Shown in pieces: positions 34,101-43,735 of a stretch of 64,000 nt of DNA. Within the stretch, counting starts at the first letter, position 1, and the number at the start of each line of letters is the position of its first letter. The position numbers were made by a program, and so were the translations under genes. This stretch comes from Naegleria gruberi (lineage: Eukaryota). The DNA is taken from assembly GCA_000004985.1 (NCBI GenBank), contig GG738897.1. One strand, 5' to 3'. Under the pieces are notes generated by a model. The model was not told where the DNA came from. It searched no databases and saw only the letters and a list, made by a program, of their open reading frames with translations.

Positions 34101-35462
34101 TTAATGTTGCGTATGAATTACAATGTCAAGAATTAGTCTGTTATTTTCACTGGAATAATCCGATGCCTTCAAGAGGTGAGCAAACATTTTGGAAGACAAA
34201 CCTCCTCCATAATCACAAATACAAAATATTCCTTTAGGTTGCAGAACAACTTTGACCATATTCTTGTAAAAGTCTGATTTTCTATACTGAGGATAAAGTC
34301 CCTTATTAAATTCACTGAATGGCATCAATGTTTCTAGAGATAGTTCAGTATTATCAAATGGATTACTACCATAATAACTGGAACCATCAAGATAAATCTT
34401 CTCTGGATTTTCTTCGTATCTATGTAGGAAGAAATCTCTTGTAAATTGTTGTTCAAATACTTTTTCATCTTTGTGATGTCTTATAGCCTTCTTTTTTTTG
34501 TCTTCTTTTGTTGCAACAAAATCAAAGGTTTTAGCTCCAAAAAAATAGTATCTGAGCTTTCCTTCGAATCCTACCTTGGACTGATAAAGTACACTGTTGC
34601 TTCCAGAGAAGATATTGCTGATATTTGAGAATAGAACACCAAAAGGTTGATTGTAAGTGTGTGTGGCATCAGAAGTTAATTGATTTGAAGAGTTACTTCC
34701 TCCGACAGCAACTGTACCATCTTTGAGGAGAGCTAGCACATGAAAATCTCCACATTCAAGTTTTGTAACTGGTTTTTTTAAATCTTGAATTAGTGTTGGC
34801 CATTGGAAATAACCATCAACATGTGTTTGACCTCCTGAAAGCCAATTTTGACCAGTAAAATGTAAGAGTGTATCATTAATTACACAACAACTAAATGAAT
34901 AACAACATCCAATATGATTAATCACGTAAGGAAATCCGACATTTGGCATTTCTCTTCTTGGTTCAAACATTAACTCAATGGTGTTGCAAGAATAATCATT
35001 GGTTTTATCGTGTGTCATACGAAAGTATCCATTATGACCTCTTCCATAAATAAAACTTTCACCAGATATCTTGTCTCTCACAAGGAAAAGCACAGCTTCA
35101 GTATAACTGGAAATTTGCAATACTTCCAAATCTTCATTATCATCGATAATCAATCTTTTTGGTGTATCACTACCATTCACAATTTCAAATAATTTTCCAT
35201 CTCCACTAACAATATATAAACAATCCATGTTGGAGTAAGCATGCACCAGTCTAATATTATCAATTTTTTCATCACTATTTAATTTAATTCTTATCGGAGC
35301 TTTACTTGAATGATTACCATATACCGATTGAAATACAATTTCTGTTCCGCAATTAATAGATGGTAAATATGGCAAATCAGTCGAGTCATAACCACAAGGA
35401 TTATTAGAACCAACGAGAGGGAGTGTATAGTGAGAAGACATTTTTTTTGCTTTGATCATCAT
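34101..35462 (-). CDS. RCC1-like repeat (β-propeller) protein
   Basis: 453-aa ORF starting MMIKAKKM…. RCC1-type blades include GDFHVLALLKDGTVAVGGSNSSNQL, YGRGHNGYF and SGDGKLFEIVNG. Confidence 0.55.
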   Translation of the reverse strand: MMIKAKKMSSHYTLPLVGSNNPCGYDSTDLPYLPSINCGTEIVFQSVYGNHSSKAPIRIKLNSDEKIDNIRLVHAYSNMDCLYIVSGDGKLFEIVNGSDTPKRLIIDDNEDLEVLQISSYTEAVLFLVRDKISGESFIYGRGHNGYFRMTHDKTNDYSCNTIELMFEPRREMPNVGFPYVINHIGCCYSFSCCVINDTLLHFTGQNWLSGGQTHVDGYFQWPTLIQDLKKPVTKLECGDFHVLALLKDGTVAVGGSNSSNQLTSDATHTYNQPFGVLFSNISNIFSGSNSVLYQSKVGFEGKLRYYFFGAKTFDFVATKEDKKKKAIRHHKDEKVFEQQFTRDFFLHRYEENPEKIYLDGSSYYGSNPFDNTELSLETLMPFSEFNKGLYPQYRKSDFYKNMVKVVLQPKGIFCICDYGGGLSSKMFAHLLKASDYSSENNRLILDIVIHTQH

Positions 35463-35628
35463 AATAAAAATAGATTGTAAAACAAGTTCATCTTTCGAAT
35501 ACGAGTGAAAAACATTGGGAAATTGAGGAAGTGAATAATTATTTATTCTGATTGTAATATTCCCTATGTTTCTTCAGAAAAACCCTATTGAAATTTTGAT
35601 TATATAATACTCTATTAAATGATGATGA

Positions 35629-37087
35629 TTATTGACTGACAAGGTCGATGATTCTGTCCATTGTTTTCTTAATGCAAGGTGAATAGCTGTGGAATAATGG
35701 ATAACCATGAACATGACCATCCTCAGCAATGACAGTAACATTTGGATGTTGAGATTGTAAGAGAGAGGCAAATTGCTTATTTTCAAAAGTTACTTCTTCA
35801 TGATTACTGTAGACGATAAGCATCTTGGTGTCTTTGAAGGTTGAAATGACAGATGAATCAAAACGAATTGGAACCAATGAATCTGGAATATTTGGATATA
35901 ATTCTTCCATGATGTCAATATTATTTGGAGCTGCAATGACAGAATTTTCAATATCAAAGTGTTCTCTAAAACTCTTGACAGTAGTATCGAAGAATCCTGA
36001 TAATGTGACAGCCATGTAAGGTTGCTTTTCAATGCCGAGCTCAGCACCAATCTTGGCTAATAAATTTGCAACAACAGCTCCACCAAATGAATCACCCATG
36101 AAAACAATATCCTTTGGATCATACTTTTCAATAAGCCACTTGTAAGCATCCATACAATCTTGTAATTGTTCCTCAAAGCTTGAAGCAAATTTGGACTTAT
36201 TCTTTCTTTCTTCCTCATCCAATCCCATCAAACGATAGGCAACAGAGAAGATTGTGTGAATTGAATGATCATCTCTACCATTCAAATACTCAACCATTGA
36301 ACTAACTTGAAGACCATCACAACAATTACCAAAACCACCTCCACCATGAATATAGAACTAATCAAAGAAGGTTGTTAACAAATCAACGTTTACACATAAA
36401 AACAACATACCAAAACTTTCTTCTTATCAGGTGAATCTTTCAATTTAGCCAAAACTGAATTTCTCAAAGATGGAATTCTCTCCAATTTCAAAGTATTTCT
36501 ACTAGAAATTGGTGGGAATAGAATTTGATGTTGCATAGCCTTTCTCAATCCATACTTATCCAACAAGTGTTGTCCACTCTTGGCACTTGAAAAGGCAACA
36601 AGACTTGAAAGGGTTTGAGCCTCAATATCCAAATTAACATGAGAAGGACGAATGTAAGATCCCACATACAATAAACTTTCATTAATCTTTTTCTTTTCCT
36701 CTGCTGTACAGACTGTCATTCCAATCAACTTGTTTTTCCATACAAAGCATTGAAGAACAGATCGGAATATCATGGTAGGTGTTGATAACTTTCTAATCAT
36801 ATTGAAACAATCTTATTCTAGATGAAAACTTACCTACTATAATACAATGTTACTAAGAACAAAGATAATGATGATCCGATAAGGGAGAGTTTCAATGGTG
36901 AGGAATTCTTGAGTTGACTCTCAATCAAATCTACCAAATATTGATAACAATTCTCAGCACCACTTCCGATTGCTGATAAAGTAGTACAAGCAGCAGAAGA
37001 TGCTGATGACCATGACGCACAACCACTTGACAATTCTGCTGCAGAAGCAGTTGGTGATGAGCTATTACTAACAACTTGTTGAGACAT
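35629..37087 (-). CDS. Arylacetamide-deacetylase / hormone-sensitive-lipase-family α/β-hydrolase with N-terminal signal anchor; 3 exons: 37087..36834, 36792..36401, 36357..35629
   Basis: Exon 1 (ORF 36830..37087) reads MSQQVV…LSLIGSSLSLFLVTLYYS, ending ag|gtaagt. Exon 2 (…RKLSTPTMIFRSV…KDSPDKKKVL) ends ttg|gtatgt. Exon 3 starts FYIHGGGGFG (HGGG oxyanion motif), then the nucleophile elbow FMGDSFGGAVVANLLAK, then a DGHVHGY-type His. The overall order mirrors AADAC (TM anchor, …RRGLFYIHGGGW, GDSAGG). Introns are 41 and 43 nt. Confidence 0.7.
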
Positions 37088-37263
37088 TTTTTTTTGGGTT
37101 TGAAAATCGCCATTGCGAAAGCACCATTTTTATTTTATTTTGTGCTATCCAATTCAAATATCAGATTTATTAATGGTGCGTTTTCGATTCAATCAATTTA
37201 TGATTCTGAAGAATTGATTGGAATAAGGTTAATCATGATTGACCGTTGTAAAATGTGAGTGGA

Positions 37264-39447
37264 TTATTGTAAGAAACAATAACTTTTGGAATTCGTTTCA
37301 TAGCCAATGTTAGGGTTTTCAATTTTGTAAACAATGTCTTTCTTTGAATGAGGGAGAATGAGTTTTGGAGCTGATTTTCCTTGTGATCTAATGTTTAGTT
37401 TTGCAAGTTCAATTTCTTCCTTGATGAATTCTCCACTATCCAAAAACAATAGTATCATACTAGGCATGGATTCTACAAACTGTTTCAATACAAAATTTTC
37501 AAAATGTTCTATTGGTTTCTCAGGTTTTCCTGAAAGATAAATCATTTCCAAGTTTTTGAAATATTGCACTTTTTTAAACGTCTCAATTGTTGGACCACTA
37601 TTTCCCAAGTTAACTTGAATCTTTTTTAACAGTTGTGGGTTAAGTAAGTCCAGTAATTTGATAAAATCATCGTTAGGTATTGTGCAATCTGGTAGTGATA
37701 AAGTGGTTATTTTGCTCAAGTATGGTTGTTGTAACAGGAATGAGCTAGTAATATTCTTTCCATTGAAAGAAAAATCAATACCATATTCTAAAGAAACAGG
37801 ACTGAAAGAGTTGAAAAACTTTACAATAATATCATCAGTGAATTCTGCTCCTGTGACTTTAAACACTGAAAGTGATGAAGCCTTACTAAAAAGTGAGAGA
37901 AGACTATTCTGACCAATTGAGTAAGTATTTTCTAAAATTACAGAATGTAAATAAGGTAAATTTTTCTTAAGAATGTTTGAAAATACTATTGGATACCTTT
38001 CGCTACAAGTACTGATATGAATATATCGTAGTTGTGAGTCTATCTCCTGATTCTCAAATTCTAACATTGAATCGTCTAGTGTTCCTCTCACCTTAACATT
38101 ATCCATCGTAAGGATCTTTAGATTAGGAGAATTATCAATTATATGATTAAGTAAATAGACTGATATTCTGGATTTTTTGATATCCAACTGTTCTATTGAC
38201 GTGTGAATATTTTTAAAATCATATCTCATGTTGTTAGTTTCAACATTAAACAAATGCAAATCTTTCAAAGAGGTACAAGCTGCCAAATTTTCATAAAACC
38301 CATTTAGATTGATCTGTGATCTTGAGATTGTATATTTGGATGTATCAACAATTGGTAAATTAGTAATATCTTGCGAACAGTTGAAGAAACTTTGACATTT
38401 AGGTACATCAATTTTGTTAAGGGCAGTGGTCATATTCATTGAAACAGTTTGAAGAGGATGATTCGGCAAAAAAACTAAATTCATATCTGGACTCATGAGA
38501 TGGTTAGAATATATTTTCAATTTAGGGAATACAGGTCTTGTCTTGTTTTCTGTTAATTGATTGATAACCCTGAAATTATCAAAATTAAATGATGTATCAA
38601 ATCGAAGAATTTCCAAATTACTGTTGCATATTATTTCCATTAACTCATCAGTGATTTCAAAGTCGTCTTCTCTCATAGTTGAATAGGAACGATAATTTTC
38701 GTTGGAAAATCCATTGATGAACAAGTTAAATTCTCGAAGTGATGGGCAGTTTTTCAATATTTCTTTAAATGAATATCCCAACACTGAGGTATAGACACAC
38801 AACGTCAATACCTTCAATCCGCTACAGAGCTGGGTATTGCCAATAATATTTTTAACATCCATAGCATTCTTTGCACATAGTCCATTACAAACAATTAATG
38901 GTTTCTGAATGAGCGTTTGGAAATAATTACCATCCCCAACATCCAATTCTTTACCAAATGATAATCTAGATATTGACTTGAGAGATGAATTAATTTCGTT
39001 TTTAACCCAATTATAATGTTTAGGAGAAACTATCAGCTCTGGGATGTTGAATTTTGAAATGAATTTTGATAGCTTTACAAACTCCTTAGAACCAAGAGTT
39101 GTAAAATTAATTAAATTAATTCTATCCATTTCAACTTCTTGTTCCGTCATCAAGGAATCAATATAATTGCCCAATAAATTTGCAGGATAAATTTCCTTTC
39201 TATCTTCTGAATTACTAGAATACCAATTAGCGCCAGGAGTTCCCTCAATAATAATTTCATCATATCTAAATCCCATCAATAAAATCTGCATGGTAATTGT
39301 TCTCAAATTCTTACTACAACAAATAACATTTACCAACGATCTCGGATCACAATAACTCATTATACAAAATAACATCTCTCTCGGAAGATCATCCAATGAT
39401 TGGCAAAGTAGTGCATCATCCTCTCTATCGTTCTCATTTTGCGCCAT
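37264..39447 (-). CDS. F-box / leucine-rich-repeat protein (727 aa)
   Basis: ATG at 39445-39447. N-terminal F-box LLCQSLDDLPREMLFCIMSYCDPRSLVNVICCSKNLRTI, followed by many irregular LRR-like units (LKILTMDNVKV, LKDLHLFNVETN, LEILRFDTSFN …). Confidence 0.65.
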   Translation of the reverse strand: MAQNENDREDDALLCQSLDDLPREMLFCIMSYCDPRSLVNVICCSKNLRTITMQILLMGFRYDEIIIEGTPGANWYSSNSEDRKEIYPANLLGNYIDSLMTEQEVEMDRINLINFTTLGSKEFVKLSKFISKFNIPELIVSPKHYNWVKNEINSSLKSISRLSFGKELDVGDGNYFQTLIQKPLIVCNGLCAKNAMDVKNIIGNTQLCSGLKVLTLCVYTSVLGYSFKEILKNCPSLREFNLFINGFSNENYRSYSTMREDDFEITDELMEIICNSNLEILRFDTSFNFDNFRVINQLTENKTRPVFPKLKIYSNHLMSPDMNLVFLPNHPLQTVSMNMTTALNKIDVPKCQSFFNCSQDITNLPIVDTSKYTISRSQINLNGFYENLAACTSLKDLHLFNVETNNMRYDFKNIHTSIEQLDIKKSRISVYLLNHIIDNSPNLKILTMDNVKVRGTLDDSMLEFENQEIDSQLRYIHISTCSERYPIVFSNILKKNLPYLHSVILENTYSIGQNSLLSLFSKASSLSVFKVTGAEFTDDIIVKFFNSFSPVSLEYGIDFSFNGKNITSSFLLQQPYLSKITTLSLPDCTIPNDDFIKLLDLLNPQLLKKIQVNLGNSGPTIETFKKVQYFKNLEMIYLSGKPEKPIEHFENFVLKQFVESMPSMILLFLDSGEFIKEEIELAKLNIRSQGKSAPKLILPHSKKDIVYKIENPNIGYETNSKSYCFLQ

Positions 39448-39593
39448 TTTTTTTTGTTTTAATTTTACAAGTTCATTTCAAACGAACACTTGGAAGTAAA
39501 TTGGAAATCTTAAATCAGTGGTAGATGCATTATTAAGGTTTCGTCTATACTGAAATAGATCATTGTGTATTTTTCTAGAGTTTAAAACAAAGT

Positions 39594-41543
39594 TTAATGG
39601 AAATAATTGAAAATGCACTTGATGGATTCCTCTCTTAGCATTCTTCTTAAATTGTATTCCTTACTCAATTCCTCATTTGCATGTTCCTCACTTTCGTCTT
39701 TAGATTCCAATAATTGAAGTGAATCTTTTCCAAAATATTCCAAGTCTTCTTTTCTGTTTAATTCCAACAGTTCTGATTCACTCAAAGTTTGATAATCAAT
39801 TTCATTTTCTTTCCATTCATTTGTTTGAGAAATATTCGAATGTGTATGATTGAAGAATAATGAGCCATGCCCATACCAATTCTTTAAATAGAGTTTCTCT
39901 GAGAGCGTTCGTTCCTCTCCATAAAGTTCTGAATGAACTCTAATGGAAACCTTTAATAATTCATCCTCTAGGGAACCTTCCAATATTTTGCTTTCGTCCA
40001 AAGTTTCAATTTCTGAATCGTCAATAAAATCTTCATCCTTTTTTGCACCATCTTTCTCCTCAGCGATATTAGATTCCTTATTGATAATAATAAATTCATC
40101 ATTCTCCTCATCTGAATTTTCATTTTCTGTATATTCTAATAGGAATTCCATTTCATTATCAGAAACTTCCTCATCGTCCACATCACTAGGGACATCTGAT
40201 TCAGGTCTTGATCTTTTATTCTCAATGACATAATAAAATTTAGAATTATCCAACGCATCCATAATTTCTATATCCGAAACTTTCAATTCTTCATCCTCTT
40301 CCAAGTCTCCTCCAATTTCTGCATTACTTCTTAAAAAATGCTCATAATCCATTGGGTGTTCAGTGTATGGAATAGGAACATCCTTATTGTCTCCATACTT
40401 GTTCTCCACAACTATTTTCAATAAATTTCGAAGATATTCCTGTAAGAGAAAGAGTGCATTTTCAATCATAATTGGTTCAAAATAAATGATTCCTCTTTTT
40501 CTAAATAGATTCTTGATACCATCTCGAATAGAATGATACATAAAAGTGTCATCTAAATGAACGCAAATTTCAAACTTTCGAAATTCACTGCATTGATAAG
40601 TTTCTAATAAAATTGAAGTCTGCTCGTCATTGGAAACTGCCGATTTCTGTACATCATTAATATATGAATCAATTTGTCTTTGATCATTCTTAATTTTATC
40701 ATAGAAAAGTAAGAAATCTTCATCTAATTTCAAATTATGCACTTGTTCATCTGTCAACTTTAAATATTTCTGAACTAGTCCTTTATATTCTTCAGAATAA
40801 ATAGTATCTTGTGAAAGATAGAATTGCTCATCAATTGAACCTTCACAAAGTGGAATACCAAATGGAATTCTCTTGTCAATAATCTCATTTTCATCTTCCA
40901 TTTCAATTGTCTCATCATTTTCTATAATTTCATCTTCTTCTACTGTCGCTTCAACTTCATTCTCTTCATCATCTTCATCTTTGTGAAAATAAATTGGTTT
41001 AACTCCAAAACGAAAATTTCCAGATTTGAATTCTTCTAGATTAGTGGCGTAGGTATCAAAATCTACATGAGATACTTGCTCCCAATCAGTTTCATTTAAA
41101 AATATGGTTGGCTTCCAAGTAGAAAGATCAGTAAATAGATCTGGATGCCTTGTGTGAATAGTTTCGAATTTTCTAATCTTATCAAATATCCCATGCATGT
41201 GTAAATTGGTTTCGTAAATATATTTGGTTGCATCACGAAATATGGAAAGCAGCATGGATGTTAAATCTTTACAGAGGAATAACAATTCGAAACTTTCGTC
41301 CACTTCTAGAAACCTCATAACATGAAACCAACAATCGGAAATTTTAACAAGATCACACGATTTGTTTTTGATATTCGAATGTTGAATAGTTGAGTTGAAA
41401 TCAAATTGTCGTTCAACATTTTCTATTTCTTCATCACAAGATGATTGTGAATCATCCGATTCGTTATCTAAAGTAGCCGAAACAATCAGAAACTTGCTTG
41501 GGCGCAAATATTCACTATTTAGCAGCGGAAGTGTTCTCTTCAT
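39594..41543 (-). CDS. F-box-like protein with extremely acidic (D/E-rich) central and C-terminal regions
   Basis: ATG at 41541-41543. Degenerate F-box CDLVKISDCWFHVMRFLEVDESFELLFLCKDLTSML. Long DEEENEVEATVEEDEIIENDETIEMEDENE and DEEVSDNEMEFLLEYTENENSDEENDEF tracts. Confidence 0.5.
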   Translation of the reverse strand: MKRTLPLLNSEYLRPSKFLIVSATLDNESDDSQSSCDEEIENVERQFDFNSTIQHSNIKNKSCDLVKISDCWFHVMRFLEVDESFELLFLCKDLTSMLLSIFRDATKYIYETNLHMHGIFDKIRKFETIHTRHPDLFTDLSTWKPTIFLNETDWEQVSHVDFDTYATNLEEFKSGNFRFGVKPIYFHKDEDDEENEVEATVEEDEIIENDETIEMEDENEIIDKRIPFGIPLCEGSIDEQFYLSQDTIYSEEYKGLVQKYLKLTDEQVHNLKLDEDFLLFYDKIKNDQRQIDSYINDVQKSAVSNDEQTSILLETYQCSEFRKFEICVHLDDTFMYHSIRDGIKNLFRKRGIIYFEPIMIENALFLLQEYLRNLLKIVVENKYGDNKDVPIPYTEHPMDYEHFLRSNAEIGGDLEEDEELKVSDIEIMDALDNSKFYYVIENKRSRPESDVPSDVDDEEVSDNEMEFLLEYTENENSDEENDEFIIINKESNIAEEKDGAKKDEDFIDDSEIETLDESKILEGSLEDELLKVSIRVHSELYGEERTLSEKLYLKNWYGHGSLFFNHTHSNISQTNEWKENEIDYQTLSESELLELNRKEDLEYFGKDSLQLLESKDESEEHANEELSKEYNLRRMLREESIKCIFNYFH

Positions 41544-41890
41544 TTTTTCTGAAAAAGTAATTGTAAATCTTCCCTATTTTACTGGAAAAACTGAGGTAAA
41601 CAGTGTTTCATACTTTTGTAACTGTTGCATCGTGTTCAATATTGTAAATAAATTTTATGATAAATTAAGGTTGGCAGTTTCCGTAGAGCTCCATTGCCAA
41701 AATATCCACTGCCTCTTTCATATTTGCACAAGATAGGCAAATTTAAAGAAGCGTAATTTGTCAATGATGGTTAAGGATTTGAATTGGTGAATTTCCAAAT
41801 TTCTCCTTAATTATTGGAGAGGGTCTCAAGTTTTGACATTTTTTAAATTAAATATTTTAATTGTTTTAATTCAAAATTATTAATTAAAAA

Positions 41891-43210
41891 ATGCAACCAC
41901 TAGATCATACCCTCTCACTCACAGGCTTTGCAATTTTAATTGTATTATTGGTGATTGTGTGGATTTTGGTGAGAAAAAGGGTTCGGAATTATTGCAATAA
42001 TCATCCAAGTAGAAAGGAATTTAAAGTTTATTTGCCATTTTGTAGTGATGAATTGGCATTAATTATTTCATTTCTTGAAAAATCAGACATCGGAAATCTT
42101 TCTCTTGTTTGTAGAGAGGCTAAACAAGCTACTTATTCAAGTACAGTTTGGAATGAGTTATGTGGAACTGTTTCTCTTCGGAGAGTTGAAGGATTGTTGA
42201 ATTTGGAGAGATATGAAGGGAAAATTAAAAATTTGAAATTAATTACTGATCAAGATGAGTATTTTGATGATGATTTTATTTGTAGGATATTCGAAAGATT
42301 GAATGAAAGGTTTCAAATAAGAAAGATGACTATCGAAGTTTCTACATTGGAATTATTCAAGTTTAATTTATTGAATCATTTGGATTGCTTAGAATGTTTG
42401 GAACATTTGAAAATATTGGATAATTCTACAATTTCTATTTTGTTTAATAATTCTTTGATGCCAATTAGATTACCCAAGAAATTGGAATCTATCAAAGTAA
42501 GAGGATTTAGTAGAGTTGCAAATAGAAGTTATGTGTTTGACACTATTTTTATACAAACAGAAAATATCAAAATTGTAAAATTTGAGAACAATCAAGGTTT
42601 TAATGAAATCAAGTTTCAATCACCAAAGGTTGATTTGAAACACTTGACCTCTATTTCACTCTCTTGGACAAGCAATATTTCAACTGAGTATTTCAATAAT
42701 TTAATGGGGAAGTGTAAAAATCTCAAAAAATTGGATCTATCAGGATCTACTTTTGTGGCAAATAATTTGAATATCCCAACCACTATTGAAGTATTGGACA
42801 TTTCCTCCTGCTTGTTTGATGACACAACTCTAACAATGATAGCGTGCCTACCATATTTGAAATTTGTTAACCTTTCATCAACACTCATACCTTTAGATAT
42901 CTTGATACTTTATTGCCAAGTTGGACGATGTGTTATTTGTCAAATTGGAAGTAAGGAAGAGTTGCAAATTCTAAAATCCAACAAACATATTCGTTTATCA
43001 CGCATTTCTCCTCTAGATTTTGATTCCAAAATCAAAGAAATTAAGAAGTCCACCTCAGTAGAATCCAACATTTGTAAAATGTACTATCAACAAGTATTTA
43101 CCGATCCTATTGAGCCTCCAAAGCTAACTCTAAAACCAACAAAACTCTACAAGGCAAAACTAGTCAAATTTTCAGCCTCCAAAGACATTGAAATTGATAA
43201 TGGAAATTAA
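41891..43210 (+). CDS. F-box / LRR protein with N-terminal TM segment
   Basis: ATG at 41891. The N-terminal hydrophobic segment is LTGFAILIVLLVIVWILV. F-box FCSDELALIISFLEKSDIGNLSLVCREAKQATYSSTVWNEL. LRR-like units follow (LKHLTSISLSWTSNIS, LKKLDLSGSTFV, LKFVNLSST). Confidence 0.6.
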   Translation: MQPLDHTLSLTGFAILIVLLVIVWILVRKRVRNYCNNHPSRKEFKVYLPFCSDELALIISFLEKSDIGNLSLVCREAKQATYSSTVWNELCGTVSLRRVEGLLNLERYEGKIKNLKLITDQDEYFDDDFICRIFERLNERFQIRKMTIEVSTLELFKFNLLNHLDCLECLEHLKILDNSTISILFNNSLMPIRLPKKLESIKVRGFSRVANRSYVFDTIFIQTENIKIVKFENNQGFNEIKFQSPKVDLKHLTSISLSWTSNISTEYFNNLMGKCKNLKKLDLSGSTFVANNLNIPTTIEVLDISSCLFDDTTLTMIACLPYLKFVNLSSTLIPLDILILYCQVGRCVICQIGSKEELQILKSNKHIRLSRISPLDFDSKIKEIKKSTSVESNICKMYYQQVFTDPIEPPKLTLKPTKLYKAKLVKFSASKDIEIDNGN

Positions 43211-43250
43211 GGCAGAAGAGATTTAATTACTTCGGATTGAGGTGGTAAAT

Positions 43251-43369
43251 GGCTACGGCCATATCACGATGAATGCACCTCATCCCGTCCGATTTGAGAA
43301 GTTAAGCATCGTCGAGCCACATCAGTACTGAGGTTGGAGACAACTTGGGAACCTGTGGTGCTGTAGTCT
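43251..43369 (+). rRNA. 5S ribosomal RNA gene (dispersed copy)
   Basis: ggctacggccatatcacgatgaatgcacctcatcccgtccgatttgagaagttaagcatcgtcgagccacatcagtactgaggttggagacaacttgggaacctgtggtgctgtagtct matches the universal 5S blocks: GCCTACGGCCATAC, CCCGTCCGATCTG, GAAGTTAAGC, AGTACT, GGGAGACC, CTGGGAA and GGTGCTGTAGGCT. Length ~119 nt. Confidence 0.8.
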
Positions 43370-43375
43370 TTTTAT
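43370..43375 (+). terminator. RNA polymerase III oligo-T terminator of the 5S gene
   Basis: tcttTTTTATT immediately 3' of the 5S 3' end. Confidence 0.6.
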
Positions 43376-43735
43376 TCATATCAATAACAATGAAAACTAA
43401 TAAGTAATTAAGAAGTAAGACTGCCTTTCAAATAATTCCCCGGCCAGAAGAACTCGCGTTTTTTCCAACTCCACCCAATGTACTAATATGGAGAATTTTC
43501 TACGCTTCCAACACCCACAATAGCAGAGAAGAAAATAAGCGAGAGTAGAAGGAATTTCCCAAGTTTCTAGGGACAATTATTCATCAAAACAACAAAAAAA
43601 TCACCTAAGTAATAGGTAAGTGTTGCTGCACGCTTTAGAGAAGATTTATCGGAGTGGTGTTGATATTATTACTTGTTTGCTTGTTTTGGTGTGATGATGT
43701 TTGTTCGGAATGAATGCATACTCTTACTATGCTGA

